Virus genome (UHGV): UHGV-0038496
Direction: 5' to 3' (one strand)
Length of the DNA: 64,000 nt
Source of the DNA: a virus
This document shows, in pieces, positions 35,399-45,226 of this stretch. Under the pieces are notes generated by a model. That model did not search any database, was not told the DNA's origin, and was given only the letters and a program-made list of their open reading frames with translations. Position 1 is the first letter of the stretch. Each line of letters begins with the position of its first letter. Position numbers and translations under genes: made by a program.

Positions 35399-37477
35399 TT
35401 ATGAAAGGTCTGGTGGTGTCACATCTTCTGTGTAGCTTTTAAGGGCTGTCTGCCCCATGTGAACAACAGTTGACTCTTTCGCACTGAATGTGATACTATC
35501 ATTCATAAGTTGAGGATAAGCCCATACGTACTGCTGTACTTCTGGGTAATGATACTCAGTGGTGCAGATATTACCACAGATCATTCTCCACAAAAATTCC
35601 TGATAGTTCTTCTCTGGGTCATAGCCATACACCGGAGCTAAATCTTTACCTGGTACAAACCCTGCGAGGTAGTGGATTTCGTTCCTGTTCCACCCCAAGG
35701 TTTTACGAGGATGTTCGATAGCTTCGAATGAACGTTCTATTTTCCCATTCATAACCCAATCATAGCATTCTGAACAGAAGAAGTCAAGTACTCCTGACTC
35801 TTTCTTGTACTCATCCGGCAGGTTAAGTTTTTCCATCACTGTACCAACAATGGTGGGATAGAAAACAAGGACTGTAACCTGAGCGCCAGGGAATGCTGCT
35901 TTAATTCCGGCAGAGATTGTTGCAATTCTCTGACCGAATTTTTTACGACAGAATGCGATGTACCTGTCATAAACACCACCAGTTAATGGTTTGTCAATGG
36001 TGCCCATGTCAAGTGCATACTCTCCTGTTTCCCTGTAGAACAGCTCTTTTGTGGTGTAGTCGTAAATACAAGGCTTGCGAGAGTCTGTATTGTACCACCA
36101 CCACGGTTCGCCAATCTGCATAATAACAGGAAGGTTTTTACTTTTCAAGATCTGAGCGAAGTTTTTAAAGACGCTCAGCAGGAATGTCATACCCCCTTCG
36201 ATACAAGGCGATAACAGGTAGCTGCAAGGTGTATACCCTGTCTTAGCGTAGCTATCGTCCCATTCGCGTTGAGTCCATTCCAGAGGACAGGCATCACTAT
36301 AAAGCTCCATGCTGACAGAGAACATTGCATCAGTGAATCCGTAACGAGTCAAATTGTAAGCAAAGTCATCATGCCATGCTTTGGCAGCTTTGTTCAGAGT
36401 ACCTGATCTGTCGATTTCCCATTTGTGAGTTGAGCTTCCCCATGAGTAATTATAATAGTGACTCATACCGCAATAGTGGTTGATTCTACCACGGTAGCCA
36501 AGTTTCTGGAGGTTGTAAAGAACACGCGCTGGGGAAACATTCCACATATCATCGTATGCAGTGCAAGCCCTTAAATCGTGACCTTCTACAGTCAGATCAT
36601 TAAGCTGCATGTATTTCCAGCCAGTGTCCGGCTCCAGCATATCAATGCGAAGTTCACAGTCAACATTAGTTGTGCGAACGTCTGTGCTGTTGGCAACATA
36701 ATCCTTAGGCATTAACGGGATCAGGATCTTGCGAACCTGACGAGGGTCAACTGCCACCAAGTAATTATTTTTGTCAACACCCAGACAATCCTCAAAATTG
36801 AGGTGAATATCTGCTGTGGTTTTATCAGCAGAAATGTTAGAAGCATAGTCCGACATACGGACGTAAACTATTGTACCATCAACAAGAGTGATAGTAATTG
36901 TGGCCTGACCTGGGGTTGTAAAGTCAAGAGCGTTGGTGAACTTGACCCTGAACCACAGCTTGGTATTACGCATCTCATAATGATCATCATATCCTACACC
37001 AAAATGGTCGTATGTGTCAACTGTTTCCCAGATTGCTCCAGACATACCCCCCATCGTACGTGAAGTCATTGTGACAATCACTGTGGAGTTGTCTGACTTG
37101 ATCGATGTACTCTCAGTCGGCTGGCAATTTGTTACCCAGTAGCGTGGGTGGAACATTCGTTCTTCTCGTGTTCCCCATTCAAGTCTGCTCAAATCTTCTC
37201 GTGAAATGATCGTGCATTTTGCTTGTTTGGTCCCAATTACCGTCCCCTGTGAGGGGGTATGGAACTGCATATAGAAGCTACGAGGCAGTCTGTTAGGTTT
37301 TTTATCCACAATATTAACAGGGATATCCACAAAAGCAGAATCCACTGGGATGATCGCCTTGCCTTCGACGTGAGTGTAATCACGCCCAGGCACAGCGGTA
37401 TCTGCCAGGGTGTTATACATAAATTCTGCCTGGAGTGTGGTGTAATCCCTGTAAGTTCTGAATACAGCGGTTGCCAT
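35399..37477 (-). CDS. large tail-associated protein (692 aa), possibly enzymatic
   Basis: Location between baseplate and fibre genes; Trp/Tyr-rich central region (GEPWWWY); no family assigned. Confidence 0.4.
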   Translation of the reverse strand: MATAVFRTYRDYTTLQAEFMYNTLADTAVPGRDYTHVEGKAIIPVDSAFVDIPVNIVDKKPNRLPRSFYMQFHTPSQGTVIGTKQAKCTIISREDLSRLEWGTREERMFHPRYWVTNCQPTESTSIKSDNSTVIVTMTSRTMGGMSGAIWETVDTYDHFGVGYDDHYEMRNTKLWFRVKFTNALDFTTPGQATITITLVDGTIVYVRMSDYASNISADKTTADIHLNFEDCLGVDKNNYLVAVDPRQVRKILIPLMPKDYVANSTDVRTTNVDCELRIDMLEPDTGWKYMQLNDLTVEGHDLRACTAYDDMWNVSPARVLYNLQKLGYRGRINHYCGMSHYYNYSWGSSTHKWEIDRSGTLNKAAKAWHDDFAYNLTRYGFTDAMFSVSMELYSDACPLEWTQREWDDSYAKTGYTPCSYLLSPCIEGGMTFLLSVFKNFAQILKSKNLPVIMQIGEPWWWYNTDSRKPCIYDYTTKELFYRETGEYALDMGTIDKPLTGGVYDRYIAFCRKKFGQRIATISAGIKAAFPGAQVTVLVFYPTIVGTVMEKLNLPDEYKKESGVLDFFCSECYDWVMNGKIERSFEAIEHPRKTLGWNRNEIHYLAGFVPGKDLAPVYGYDPEKNYQEFLWRMICGNICTTEYHYPEVQQYVWAYPQLMNDSITFSAKESTVVHMGQTALKSYTEDVTPPDLS

Positions 37478-38166
37478 TAAGCCTCCGTAACGATAGTTGC
37501 GTCAACAACAATATTTTCACACCAAACAGTGGTGGAACCCCAATCAGGCCGTTCATCCGGTACATAAACCAGAGTAGCAATACCGTCTACCCCGAACTGC
37601 TCATCGTCCCAGACTGATCCAAATCCAGCAGCTGTATCATCTCCAGCAAAACCAAATGCCCTGCCCTGTGATTCTGTCAATCTCAGGTGAGTTGGCAGCG
37701 GCATCATATCAAGGATCTGATCAACTGCCTGACTAATGTCGAAGCAAGTTTTCCTGACGTTAATGTCGAATCGGAAGTTGTCCCCAGCCCATGTATCGAA
37801 ATTGTTTCTGCCCAGCAGCTGTTGTAGCGTAGAGATCACATCCTCACGCGTACCACCACGGGACAAAGATGCCTGTTGAATAATAAGTGTAGCACGATAG
37901 TCTGCATCTTGCAAGCCATTTCTTTTTATGCCAAACTGCTTACCAATCTCATCAAAATATTTACCGCTGGCATTGTTAAGTAGACGGCCTTCTGCAAGAG
38001 CAACTAACATCTCATCAACAGTCTGCAACCTTTTAAGGTAGATAGACAGGAACGTTGTCAGGTCTTCTTTCTCTCTCAGAAAATCGCCGGGGAGGTAATC
38101 CAGACCTCCCTCAACGAAATCTGGCAGAGTGTGAATGTGGTTAACATCTATTTTCTTCTCTGCCAT
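37477..38166 (-). CDS. putative baseplate protein (P2 gpI-like position)
   Basis: 229-aa ORF directly downstream of the baseplate J-like gene; assignment by gene order. Confidence 0.3.
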   Translation of the reverse strand: MAEKKIDVNHIHTLPDFVEGGLDYLPGDFLREKEDLTTFLSIYLKRLQTVDEMLVALAEGRLLNNASGKYFDEIGKQFGIKRNGLQDADYRATLIIQQASLSRGGTREDVISTLQQLLGRNNFDTWAGDNFRFDINVRKTCFDISQAVDQILDMMPLPTHLRLTESQGRAFGFAGDDTAAGFGSVWDDEQFGVDGIATLVYVPDERPDWGSTTVWCENIVVDATIVTEA

Positions 38167-38175
38167 AACTCCACC

Positions 38176-39666
38176 TTAAATGATTTGCTGGAATGTGATG
38201 TTGTTTTCATCAAGGTCAAACACCTCTGACATTGCAGCTGTAATGTCAGTAGCTGTATAAGCCTCATCTGAAGCACCAATCGGTTTCACATGGATGCTCA
38301 ATTTGTTAAAACGACCGATACTAACAGCAGCAGAAGCAGCACCTACAAGCTGAATGTTGTAAAGCGTATCTGCAATATCGAGGCCGTTAACAACTGCCAT
38401 CATGGCATCTATGATTGATTCTTTTTCGGTAGCAGAAAGTGCCACACCGGAATACGTTACCTTAACGTCCAGACGGTAAGTATTTGCTTTGGAGTAGTAA
38501 ATTCTTTCCACCTGACCATCTGAGGTGTTGATATCGTAGAACAGGTTACCGTAAGTCCTGTTCGTACAAGCAACCGTATCATACAGAGCCTGACAAATAT
38601 CAGCAGTGGAGCCACCAAACACAACCACCTGGAACTTATAAGGCGGGATGCCTAAGTTGTTAGTCTTATCTGTGTTGTTGGTGAATACCCTGACTTTACT
38701 TACCCCAGCCACATTGTGAATCGCACTCAGGATCGCAGGACGAGTAGCTTTAGCAGTTACCGTGTTGGTGCTTGTAGCTCTCAGGCGATACTCAGCGTCT
38801 GTCTCTACGTTTGTACCTTCGTTGAACATCTCTCTGTTGGTGAGGGAGATGAAACCACTAGGTGTCGGAGAGATCGTGGTAACAGTGTTTGCTTCACGGG
38901 ACATTTCACCTGCTTCAGAAGCGATGACTTCCAGCACGACTGTACGTTCACCAACAATCGGAGAAATACGGAAGTCAACTTTACTGTTCAGGCCTACACG
39001 TTCAAGAGTGGCATCATAGCCAATCCACAACGTACCTGTGGACATATCCACTTGAATCAAATCTTCGTTCAAAAGCGTGGAGTTGTCAACAATAAATTGC
39101 TTGATCTCACCATAGAAACTAACAAGGTCTGTGGAATCCAGTGCCTTATCAGTAAGAATCATGGTTTTGGTAAAAATAGTGCCATCAACCTGATTGGTCA
39201 TCTGGAATATGTATTTACCAATTCTGAGATCCGGTGCTGTTATCTTGTGAGCAATTATGTTGCCTGCTACCTGTGCATTACTTGCGAGTTTGAAGTTACC
39301 ACTGTCAATGCTATAAGTTTCTGTGTCGTAAATCATATTATAAGGGACAGTACTGTTGATTGTCAACTGGCACTGACCAGAAGCCTTAGTACGCCCTCTA
39401 CGATAAACACCTTGTCTCCCCAGTAATTCATCAAGGTAGATGCCTTCTGCCCCGTACAGCGTCTGGGAGGCGTATACAGCAGCCATCATGAGGATTAACT
39501 GGTATTCACGTTCGTTAAAGATTGTGGTGAGCTTGTCAGCAACCGAGTTGCTCTGGACGTTGAAATTATCCCCGAACGCCCTGATCAAGCTCTGCTTAGT
39601 TTCAACGATCAAATCGTTAAGTGTGGGCAATATAAACCCAGCATCTGTTAAACCATATTTAGCCAT
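38176..39666 (-). CDS. putative baseplate J-like protein
   Basis: Track ORF trimmed to ATG at 39664-39666 (MAKYGLTDAG...) with RBS GAGAGGAAAT, downstream of a terminator-promoter pair; size and position match baseplate wedge proteins. Confidence 0.4.
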   Translation of the reverse strand: MAKYGLTDAGFILPTLNDLIVETKQSLIRAFGDNFNVQSNSVADKLTTIFNEREYQLILMMAAVYASQTLYGAEGIYLDELLGRQGVYRRGRTKASGQCQLTINSTVPYNMIYDTETYSIDSGNFKLASNAQVAGNIIAHKITAPDLRIGKYIFQMTNQVDGTIFTKTMILTDKALDSTDLVSFYGEIKQFIVDNSTLLNEDLIQVDMSTGTLWIGYDATLERVGLNSKVDFRISPIVGERTVVLEVIASEAGEMSREANTVTTISPTPSGFISLTNREMFNEGTNVETDAEYRLRATSTNTVTAKATRPAILSAIHNVAGVSKVRVFTNNTDKTNNLGIPPYKFQVVVFGGSTADICQALYDTVACTNRTYGNLFYDINTSDGQVERIYYSKANTYRLDVKVTYSGVALSATEKESIIDAMMAVVNGLDIADTLYNIQLVGAASAAVSIGRFNKLSIHVKPIGASDEAYTATDITAAMSEVFDLDENNITFQQII

Positions 39667-39700
39667 ATTTCCTCTCAGTTGGGAGAAACCCTTGTGACCT

Positions 39701-39729
39701 ATTTTACCAAAAAACAGCAAAATAGTCAA
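39701..39729 (-). promoter_or_regulatory. sigma70-like promoter (TTGACT, 17-nt spacer, TGG-TAAAAT)
   Basis: Read on the minus strand: TTGACT (rc of 39724-39729), 17 nt, TGG then TAAAAT (rc of 39701-39706). Confidence 0.5.
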
Positions 39730-39745
39730 TTACAGATACAAAAAA

Positions 39746-39761
39746 CCCCGCCGAAGCGGGG
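39746..39761 (-). terminator. rho-independent terminator
   Basis: CCCCGC-CGAA-GCGGGG hairpin followed on the minus strand by TTTTTTGTATCTG; downstream of the 39787..40233 gene. Confidence 0.7.
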
Positions 39762-39786
39762 TAATGTATCAGGAGAAACTTGAATT

Positions 39787-40233
39787 TTATTCTTCCTTGT
39801 TACGCAGTTTTTCAACCACCTGTGTAAGCTCTGCAAGGCTTTTCTCAAGTTCTTGCAAACTTGACACTTGTTGTTCCAGCTCAGCAATCCTGTTCTGTGC
39901 TTCAATCAGTTTAGCTTCCTGCTCTGCAATCAGTAATTGTTCTGTGCTTGGCTCTACAAGCTCTGGTTCTTCCATTTCCAGAGATAGAGGCATAATTGCA
40001 GCTTCCATTGCTTCATCAAAATAATCCACCAAAGCCCATTCTTCCAGCTCAAAATCGAAAATTGCCATCTGGCCTTCAGGAATTACATCCGGCGGGGCAA
40101 TTGTTGTGCACAGTGCAGGCAATCCGGTGTGAGGTGGAATTTGGATATCCACTTCGTTCACGAAGGCAAATGTGTCATTTGTCACATTGTAAACGTGAAC
40201 AACTTGCATTTCATCTGACATTTCAAAAGCCAT
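39787..40233 (-). CDS. putative tail fibre assembly protein
   Basis: Start moved to ATG at 40231-40233 (MAFEMSDEMQ...) with RBS GAGGG; N-terminal domain then C-terminal coiled coil; sits directly after the 1635-aa fibre gene. Confidence 0.4.
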   Translation of the reverse strand: MAFEMSDEMQVVHVYNVTNDTFAFVNEVDIQIPPHTGLPALCTTIAPPDVIPEGQMAIFDFELEEWALVDYFDEAMEAAIMPLSLEMEEPELVEPSTEQLLIAEQEAKLIEAQNRIAELEQQVSSLQELEKSLAELTQVVEKLRNKEE

Positions 40234-40280
40234 AGTTTTAACCCTCATGATTGAAGCGTTTGTTAATCTCTGCAACAGCA

Positions 40281-40311
40281 GAGAGGATTAACGTTTTCAT
40301 GCAATCCTCTC
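40281..40311 (-). other. intergenic stem-loop (9-bp stem, 13-nt loop)
   Basis: GAGAGGATT...AATCCTCTC inverted repeat immediately after the fibre stop codon; no U-tract on the coding strand. Confidence 0.35.
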
Positions 40312-40318
40312 TTTTCTG

Positions 40319-43300
40319 TTACGCTAAACGCACAATATAGTTAAATGCAACGTTCTTAACGGTGTTTTCCGTATTACCCGCAGCATTAACCGTGATTGTG
40401 TGGCTGTGTGCACCAATACCAACTGTATGACTGTGTGAGCCGATACCTACGGAGTGGGTGTGAGTACCATTCCCGTCGATAGATCCACTCAGTGAGTGTG
40501 TGTGGGCACCATCCCAAGAAGTTTTAGCCGCCCTCGACACAGCTGTTTTACCAGTAAACGAGCTACTGGTAAGTTTCCACAAAGTCTGTGAACCCTCAGT
40601 AGTGTAACCATCCTGGAAAGTACTAGCACCTGCACCATCCTGGACCTGACAACCGGAACGAGCGTGTTGGTGAGAACCACCAGAACCAACGCTACCCTTG
40701 AGACTGTGACCGTGCCAGCCACTTTCGCCAGTAGTTTTACTACCATAGTTGAAACCAGAAGTGGTTTTAGTACCAAGATCCACACTGTTGGAACTTGCAC
40801 CGTGGGTGTGTGATTTGATACCGTCAGCTTCGGTTGACAGAACATCACGACCAGTGGCTGGTTTACCTTTAATGGTCTGACCACGCATGTCAGGGAGAAC
40901 CCCGCTCGGATACGCAGCAGCCAGTTTAGGATAAGCAGCTTTGTCGAATCCCTGACCAGCCATGATAGCATAACCAGAAGGTGCTGTGTCAGTAGGCCAC
41001 GGTAGCGGAACACCAACCGGAACTCCTGTTTCAGCAAGGTTAACACCATCCATAGTCAGGAACTGGTTTGCTGTAACAATATTACCAGTAATGTTACCGT
41101 TTACTGAGAAATATTTATGCAAGTTATCTTCAGCTGTACCACAGTGGAATACCCAATCGGAAACACCCTGCTCGATATCGGTAGTATCTAAGATTTGGAA
41201 TTCCAAAACGTTCTTACGAGTACTTCCGTTACCCCAATAGTACAATCTGCCGTTATTAGCAGGTAAATTGGAGTTGTTGCTAGGATTGTCAGAACCACCA
41301 ACATGAATGAGCAACTCTTTATCTGTTTCGTCAACATTACGATTCGAGCGTAACTGGATAGCTTTACCAGAATCGTGCCGCCAAACTTCCCACATGTAAG
41401 TTGACCCAGTTCTATCCATGTTACCAACACGGGTATATCTGTCACCAAAACGTGTGATGTACTCCTGTACGCAGCCTTTCGGATTGTTTGCATTGTTCTG
41501 GTAAACAATCAGAGTACCAGCGTACGGTGCTGGGTAATGCCTTTCAGTTGTACAGTCAGCATCTTTTGGTTGGTGGTAAATACCCTCACGAGTACCATCG
41601 TAAGTGTTCAGGTCTGTAGCGTCAAGGCCTACACCTTTATGAGTTAAGATCCTGTTCCATGGTCTGTGATAACCAGCTTCAATGGATCTTGTATACATCT
41701 GGTCAAGGCGACCAGCCATCTGGAAAGCATAGTTTCCAGAGAATGATACAGATATACCACCAACAACCATTGAACCTTCAGGCCCGTTGGTGCTGCCAGC
41801 CATCACTTTGCACGGATTGTTAGCCCCGAACTGGTTGTTCCAGTCACCACTTGTATGGCATACAAAACCACTAGGTGAGTGGAGAGTACCGTCAGCATTA
41901 AAGTTCCAGAATTTATGAGCAGAACCTGTCATATCCCGGACAATAACCTGACCACCAGAACCTGCTGCACGGAATTCAGCCTGACCTAAGTTACCGCATT
42001 TAGAGGTGAACGTACAGTTGATTAAATCTTCTGTACCCTCGGATCTTGTCAGGAAGCCTGCGTTAGATTCAAGAGCTTTACGGGTTGTCTGGCTACCTGG
42101 GCAGATGTATTTCAGACCATTGAACCAGAGTTCTGTTTCACCCATCTCTGTTTTGTTCTGCAAGAACCATTTTTCTCTGGAACCACGATACATCCATTGG
42201 TTACAGTAGAAACCGCTTACACCACCTGTAAAGTCGAAGAGTGCACGCGTGTTGGTTATGCCGTCACCCAATAATGCCTCTTTAAGGCTGGTGATACCTG
42301 CTTTGTATACAACCCCATCGTTATTTTCCGTAGGAGTACCGGATACAAAGTCGTTAGCATAAGTACGAACATCTGTTACTACAGAACTTGCATAAACATA
42401 GACAGGGAACGCTTTTTCATGGACATAGATGGCAGCATATTGCTGATTGCCACGAGTAGGAACAAGCAACCCCAAAATGGACGCTTCATTCTGGTAAAAG
42501 TTGATAATACCGTAGGCAGAATCACCTCTGTCTGTCCAACCACCAGTGCGATACCAACATCTCAGGGTGGAACAGTTCATAGGTTCACTACCCATCGCAG
42601 ATCTGGTATGAATGAGGAGGTCTGTACCAATTGTACCGTTTACCGAAGGTGTGTTGATAATAACAGGATAATATTTATCCTCTTCCGCACCATCAGGTTT
42701 CTGAATTACGAAAGGTGTCGTGTTTACAGCAGAACCACCTGTACCAGTGCTGCTACCACCGCCTTCACCACCGGAGATACCTATGCGTTCTAACCATGCT
42801 TTAACTTCGGTATCAGATACACAGCCTGTACCACCTTTTTCTACTGGGAGTACACCTGTGATCTTATCATCGGTTAAACCAACAGAATCCATTTTACCTA
42901 AAGCACGACCACCGAGGTTAGTCCATGCAGTGGCTGGATCTTTGGCACCAGTACCACCATTGGCAATAGGAAGTGGGATAGTACCTAGACCTTTAGAAGA
43001 ATAACATCCCCAAGCGTCACCACCAGTATTTACGTACAAATACGCAGTACCTGCTTTATTACAAAGCTGAGTCTCACCACCAGTTGTCTGAGTCAGACGA
43101 TCAACCGAAAGGTTGACACGAGCATCAGCAACGGTTCTCGCACCTGTACCGCCTTGGGAGATACTCAAAGGTTGCCAGTTACCAATTTTAGGGTTAAATG
43201 CCCCCCACTGACCGTCAGCATCAACCTGTAAGTAGCAGCCGTTAGCTTGAACGTCAGTAGAACAAACGATAGTCCTTGTATCGGTGGAACGGATGAAGCG

Positions 43301-45226
43301 GGTTAACTTCAAGCTAGTTTTCAAACCGTCGAGACTGTTTGCACCTGTACCACCTTTAGCCACAGGCAGCACACCAGTGATCTTGCCATCTGTCAACGCA
43401 ATGCTATCAAGTTTACCCAGAGCTTTACCACCCAAGTTAGCCCATGCGGTGTTCGCATCTCTTGCACCAGTACCACCCTGACCGATTGCCAGCGGGATGT
43501 AAGAGCTGTTGGCAATATCATAAGCACCCCAGAGTTTACCCTCTGTAATGATCAGTTTGGCAGTGTTTGTTGGGTTGTTGACGGCAGTTTCAGAACCTGC
43601 CTGTACAAGTCTGTTAACCTGTAAAGTATTACGGGTTGTATTCAGATCACGTACAGTAAAGGTGTTACAAGCAACAGTATACGGAACTTCAAAGTTACCG
43701 TCCTCGTTGAAACCCAGGTATCTGTGAATCTGGTTACCTTCTGGACCTTTTTTCAGGTGCAGGGTTAACCATGTTTTATTATCGTTACGGACTTCTGAGT
43801 AAATACGGAAACCGTGTTCTTCTGTCGTACCGTTAGCTTTGTATTTAGTACCATTCAGAATACCTGAAGGACCAACGTTGTTACTTACAGCTCTCAGATA
43901 CAGATTGCTAAAACTGGGTGAATTACCTGCACCAATCCCTATCCACTCACGGAAGCCGTTCGTGTTCACAGGTCTTGACCAGGTTACCCATTGCTGCCAG
44001 GTTTTTTCACCTGCATTATACCAGCGAGAATAATAGGTATCTTCGGTGTTGAACGGATGATATTCCTGACGGCAACCATCTCCCCCGTTCACGTTGTTCT
44101 GCAATACAATCAGTACACCTGCCTGTTGGCAAGGATAACCGTTAGCAGCAGTAGCAAGAGCTGACACTGGTTGATAGTAAACACCAGCTTCATTACCTTT
44201 CAGGTTATTGATATTGAAATTAGCTTCCAGTGCAGTATGGGATCTGTGGAATACCGCAAAGTTACGACGGAACGAAGCAGCATCACGAACACCTGTACCA
44301 CCCTGTTCTACACCCAGAGGTTGCCAGTTATTAGCAGTAGGGTTGTAATACCCCCAACGACCAGAAGTATCCAGTTGCAGGTACGGGACATTACCAATGT
44401 CTTCACCAGAGAAAATAGCCGTACGAGACGGATTAGTCTGGTCAAAACGGTTGAATTCAGATTTTAATGCATGTCTGTGGCATACCGCTTTGTGAGTTTC
44501 TTTGGAAACACGGATGGTGTAGATCGCACCAGTTTTGCCACCCTGCATAATAGCTTCGTACACGTTGGAAGTGGAGGTTTCCGCAACTTTCGATACGAAA
44601 CCATTTAAAGTGCCTTCACCTCTTGCAACATCAGGGAACTGAACAGTTGCTTTTTCATCCATTACGATGTGGCCTGCATAGCCTTCGAGGTAGTTAGCAT
44701 TTGATACAACAGTTACCCTTTCGAAGCTCAGGCCGTTCAGCACACGTACAGCTTCAAAAGCAGCATCAATAGCTTCATCCATAGTATCCTGAATGGTTCT
44801 ACCATCTTCAGTCAATACCAGGGAAGCACCGATTGTGGAACCTAACTCGTCACGTAAAGACGGGTCAGTGTAAACCGACCATGCACCATCAGTTACGCCA
44901 CCATCTTCGTAGGGACTTGACAATGAAGGTACAGTATGCGGGTATCCACCTGTCCAGCGTAAGTATAAATCTTCTTCCTCGTAGTAGCAGAAGTCCATCG
45001 GACCATTCAGGGTGCCACCGTCATGGAAGTTGACAACGTGGGAGAGAGTCGGATCACCTGCCATCAGATCTTTCACTGAAGTTCTGCGGGTGAGGTCTGG
45101 TTGCTGAACGATCAGATAGTCTTCTTCTTTGTTGACTTCTGTGGTTACAGGCAAAGACTCAATCCTGACAAGTTTCACATCTGCCATTGTTTCTCCTGTT
45201 AGGAGGGCCGAAGCCCTCCAGATCAA
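40319..45226 (-). CDS. giant tail fibre protein (1635 aa) with internal repeats and C-terminal His-X-His array
   Basis: Repeated modules around GGTG (QGGTGARD..., ANGGTGAKD..., GVLPV.KGGTG); C-terminal HTHSLSG...[23 protein letters not shown]...[11 protein letters not shown]. Confidence 0.7.
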   Translation of the reverse strand: MIWRASALLTGETMADVKLVRIESLPVTTEVNKEEDYLIVQQPDLTRRTSVKDLMAGDPTLSHVVNFHDGGTLNGPMDFCYYEEEDLYLRWTGGYPHTVPSLSSPYEDGGVTDGAWSVYTDPSLRDELGSTIGASLVLTEDGRTIQDTMDEAIDAAFEAVRVLNGLSFERVTVVSNANYLEGYAGHIVMDEKATVQFPDVARGEGTLNGFVSKVAETSTSNVYEAIMQGGKTGAIYTIRVSKETHKAVCHRHALKSEFNRFDQTNPSRTAIFSGEDIGNVPYLQLDTSGRWGYYNPTANNWQPLGVEQGGTGVRDAASFRRNFAVFHRSHTALEANFNINNLKGNEAGVYYQPVSALATAANGYPCQQAGVLIVLQNNVNGGDGCRQEYHPFNTEDTYYSRWYNAGEKTWQQWVTWSRPVNTNGFREWIGIGAGNSPSFSNLYLRAVSNNVGPSGILNGTKYKANGTTEEHGFRIYSEVRNDNKTWLTLHLKKGPEGNQIHRYLGFNEDGNFEVPYTVACNTFTVRDLNTTRNTLQVNRLVQAGSETAVNNPTNTAKLIITEGKLWGAYDIANSSYIPLAIGQGGTGARDANTAWANLGGKALGKLDSIALTDGKITGVLPVAKGGTGANSLDGLKTSLKLTRFIRSTDTRTIVCSTDVQANGCYLQVDADGQWGAFNPKIGNWQPLSISQGGTGARTVADARVNLSVDRLTQTTGGETQLCNKAGTAYLYVNTGGDAWGCYSSKGLGTIPLPIANGGTGAKDPATAWTNLGGRALGKMDSVGLTDDKITGVLPVEKGGTGCVSDTEVKAWLERIGISGGEGGGSSTGTGGSAVNTTPFVIQKPDGAEEDKYYPVIINTPSVNGTIGTDLLIHTRSAMGSEPMNCSTLRCWYRTGGWTDRGDSAYGIINFYQNEASILGLLVPTRGNQQYAAIYVHEKAFPVYVYASSVVTDVRTYANDFVSGTPTENNDGVVYKAGITSLKEALLGDGITNTRALFDFTGGVSGFYCNQWMYRGSREKWFLQNKTEMGETELWFNGLKYICPGSQTTRKALESNAGFLTRSEGTEDLINCTFTSKCGNLGQAEFRAAGSGGQVIVRDMTGSAHKFWNFNADGTLHSPSGFVCHTSGDWNNQFGANNPCKVMAGSTNGPEGSMVVGGISVSFSGNYAFQMAGRLDQMYTRSIEAGYHRPWNRILTHKGVGLDATDLNTYDGTREGIYHQPKDADCTTERHYPAPYAGTLIVYQNNANNPKGCVQEYITRFGDRYTRVGNMDRTGSTYMWEVWRHDSGKAIQLRSNRNVDETDKELLIHVGGSDNPSNNSNLPANNGRLYYWGNGSTRKNVLEFQILDTTDIEQGVSDWVFHCGTAEDNLHKYFSVNGNITGNIVTANQFLTMDGVNLAETGVPVGVPLPWPTDTAPSGYAIMAGQGFDKAAYPKLAAAYPSGVLPDMRGQTIKGKPATGRDVLSTEADGIKSHTHGASSNSVDLGTKTTSGFNYGSKTTGESGWHGHSLKGSVGSGGSHQHARSGCQVQDGAGASTFQDGYTTEGSQTLWKLTSSSFTGKTAVSRAAKTSWDGAHTHSLSGSIDGNGTHTHSVGIGSHSHTVGIGAHSHTITVNAAGNTENTVKNVAFNYIVRLA
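42826..43500 (-). repeat. tandemly duplicated coding modules within the giant fibre gene
   Basis: Two roughly 60-codon blocks (about 42826-43010 and 43306-43500) encode near-identical peptides (...[25 protein letters not shown]...); also seen as mirrored plus-strand shadow ORFs in the track. Confidence 0.5.

Noticed and set aside
40281-40311. Plus-strand intrinsic terminator (hairpin followed by TTTTCTGTT)
   Set aside because: There is no plus-strand gene to terminate here; on the coding (minus) strand the hairpin lacks a U-tract, so it is reported as a stem-loop of unknown role.
40319-45226. Diversity-generating retroelement targeting the fibre C-terminus
   Set aside because: No reverse transcriptase ORF and no template/variable repeat pair; the internal repeats are in-frame protein module duplications.
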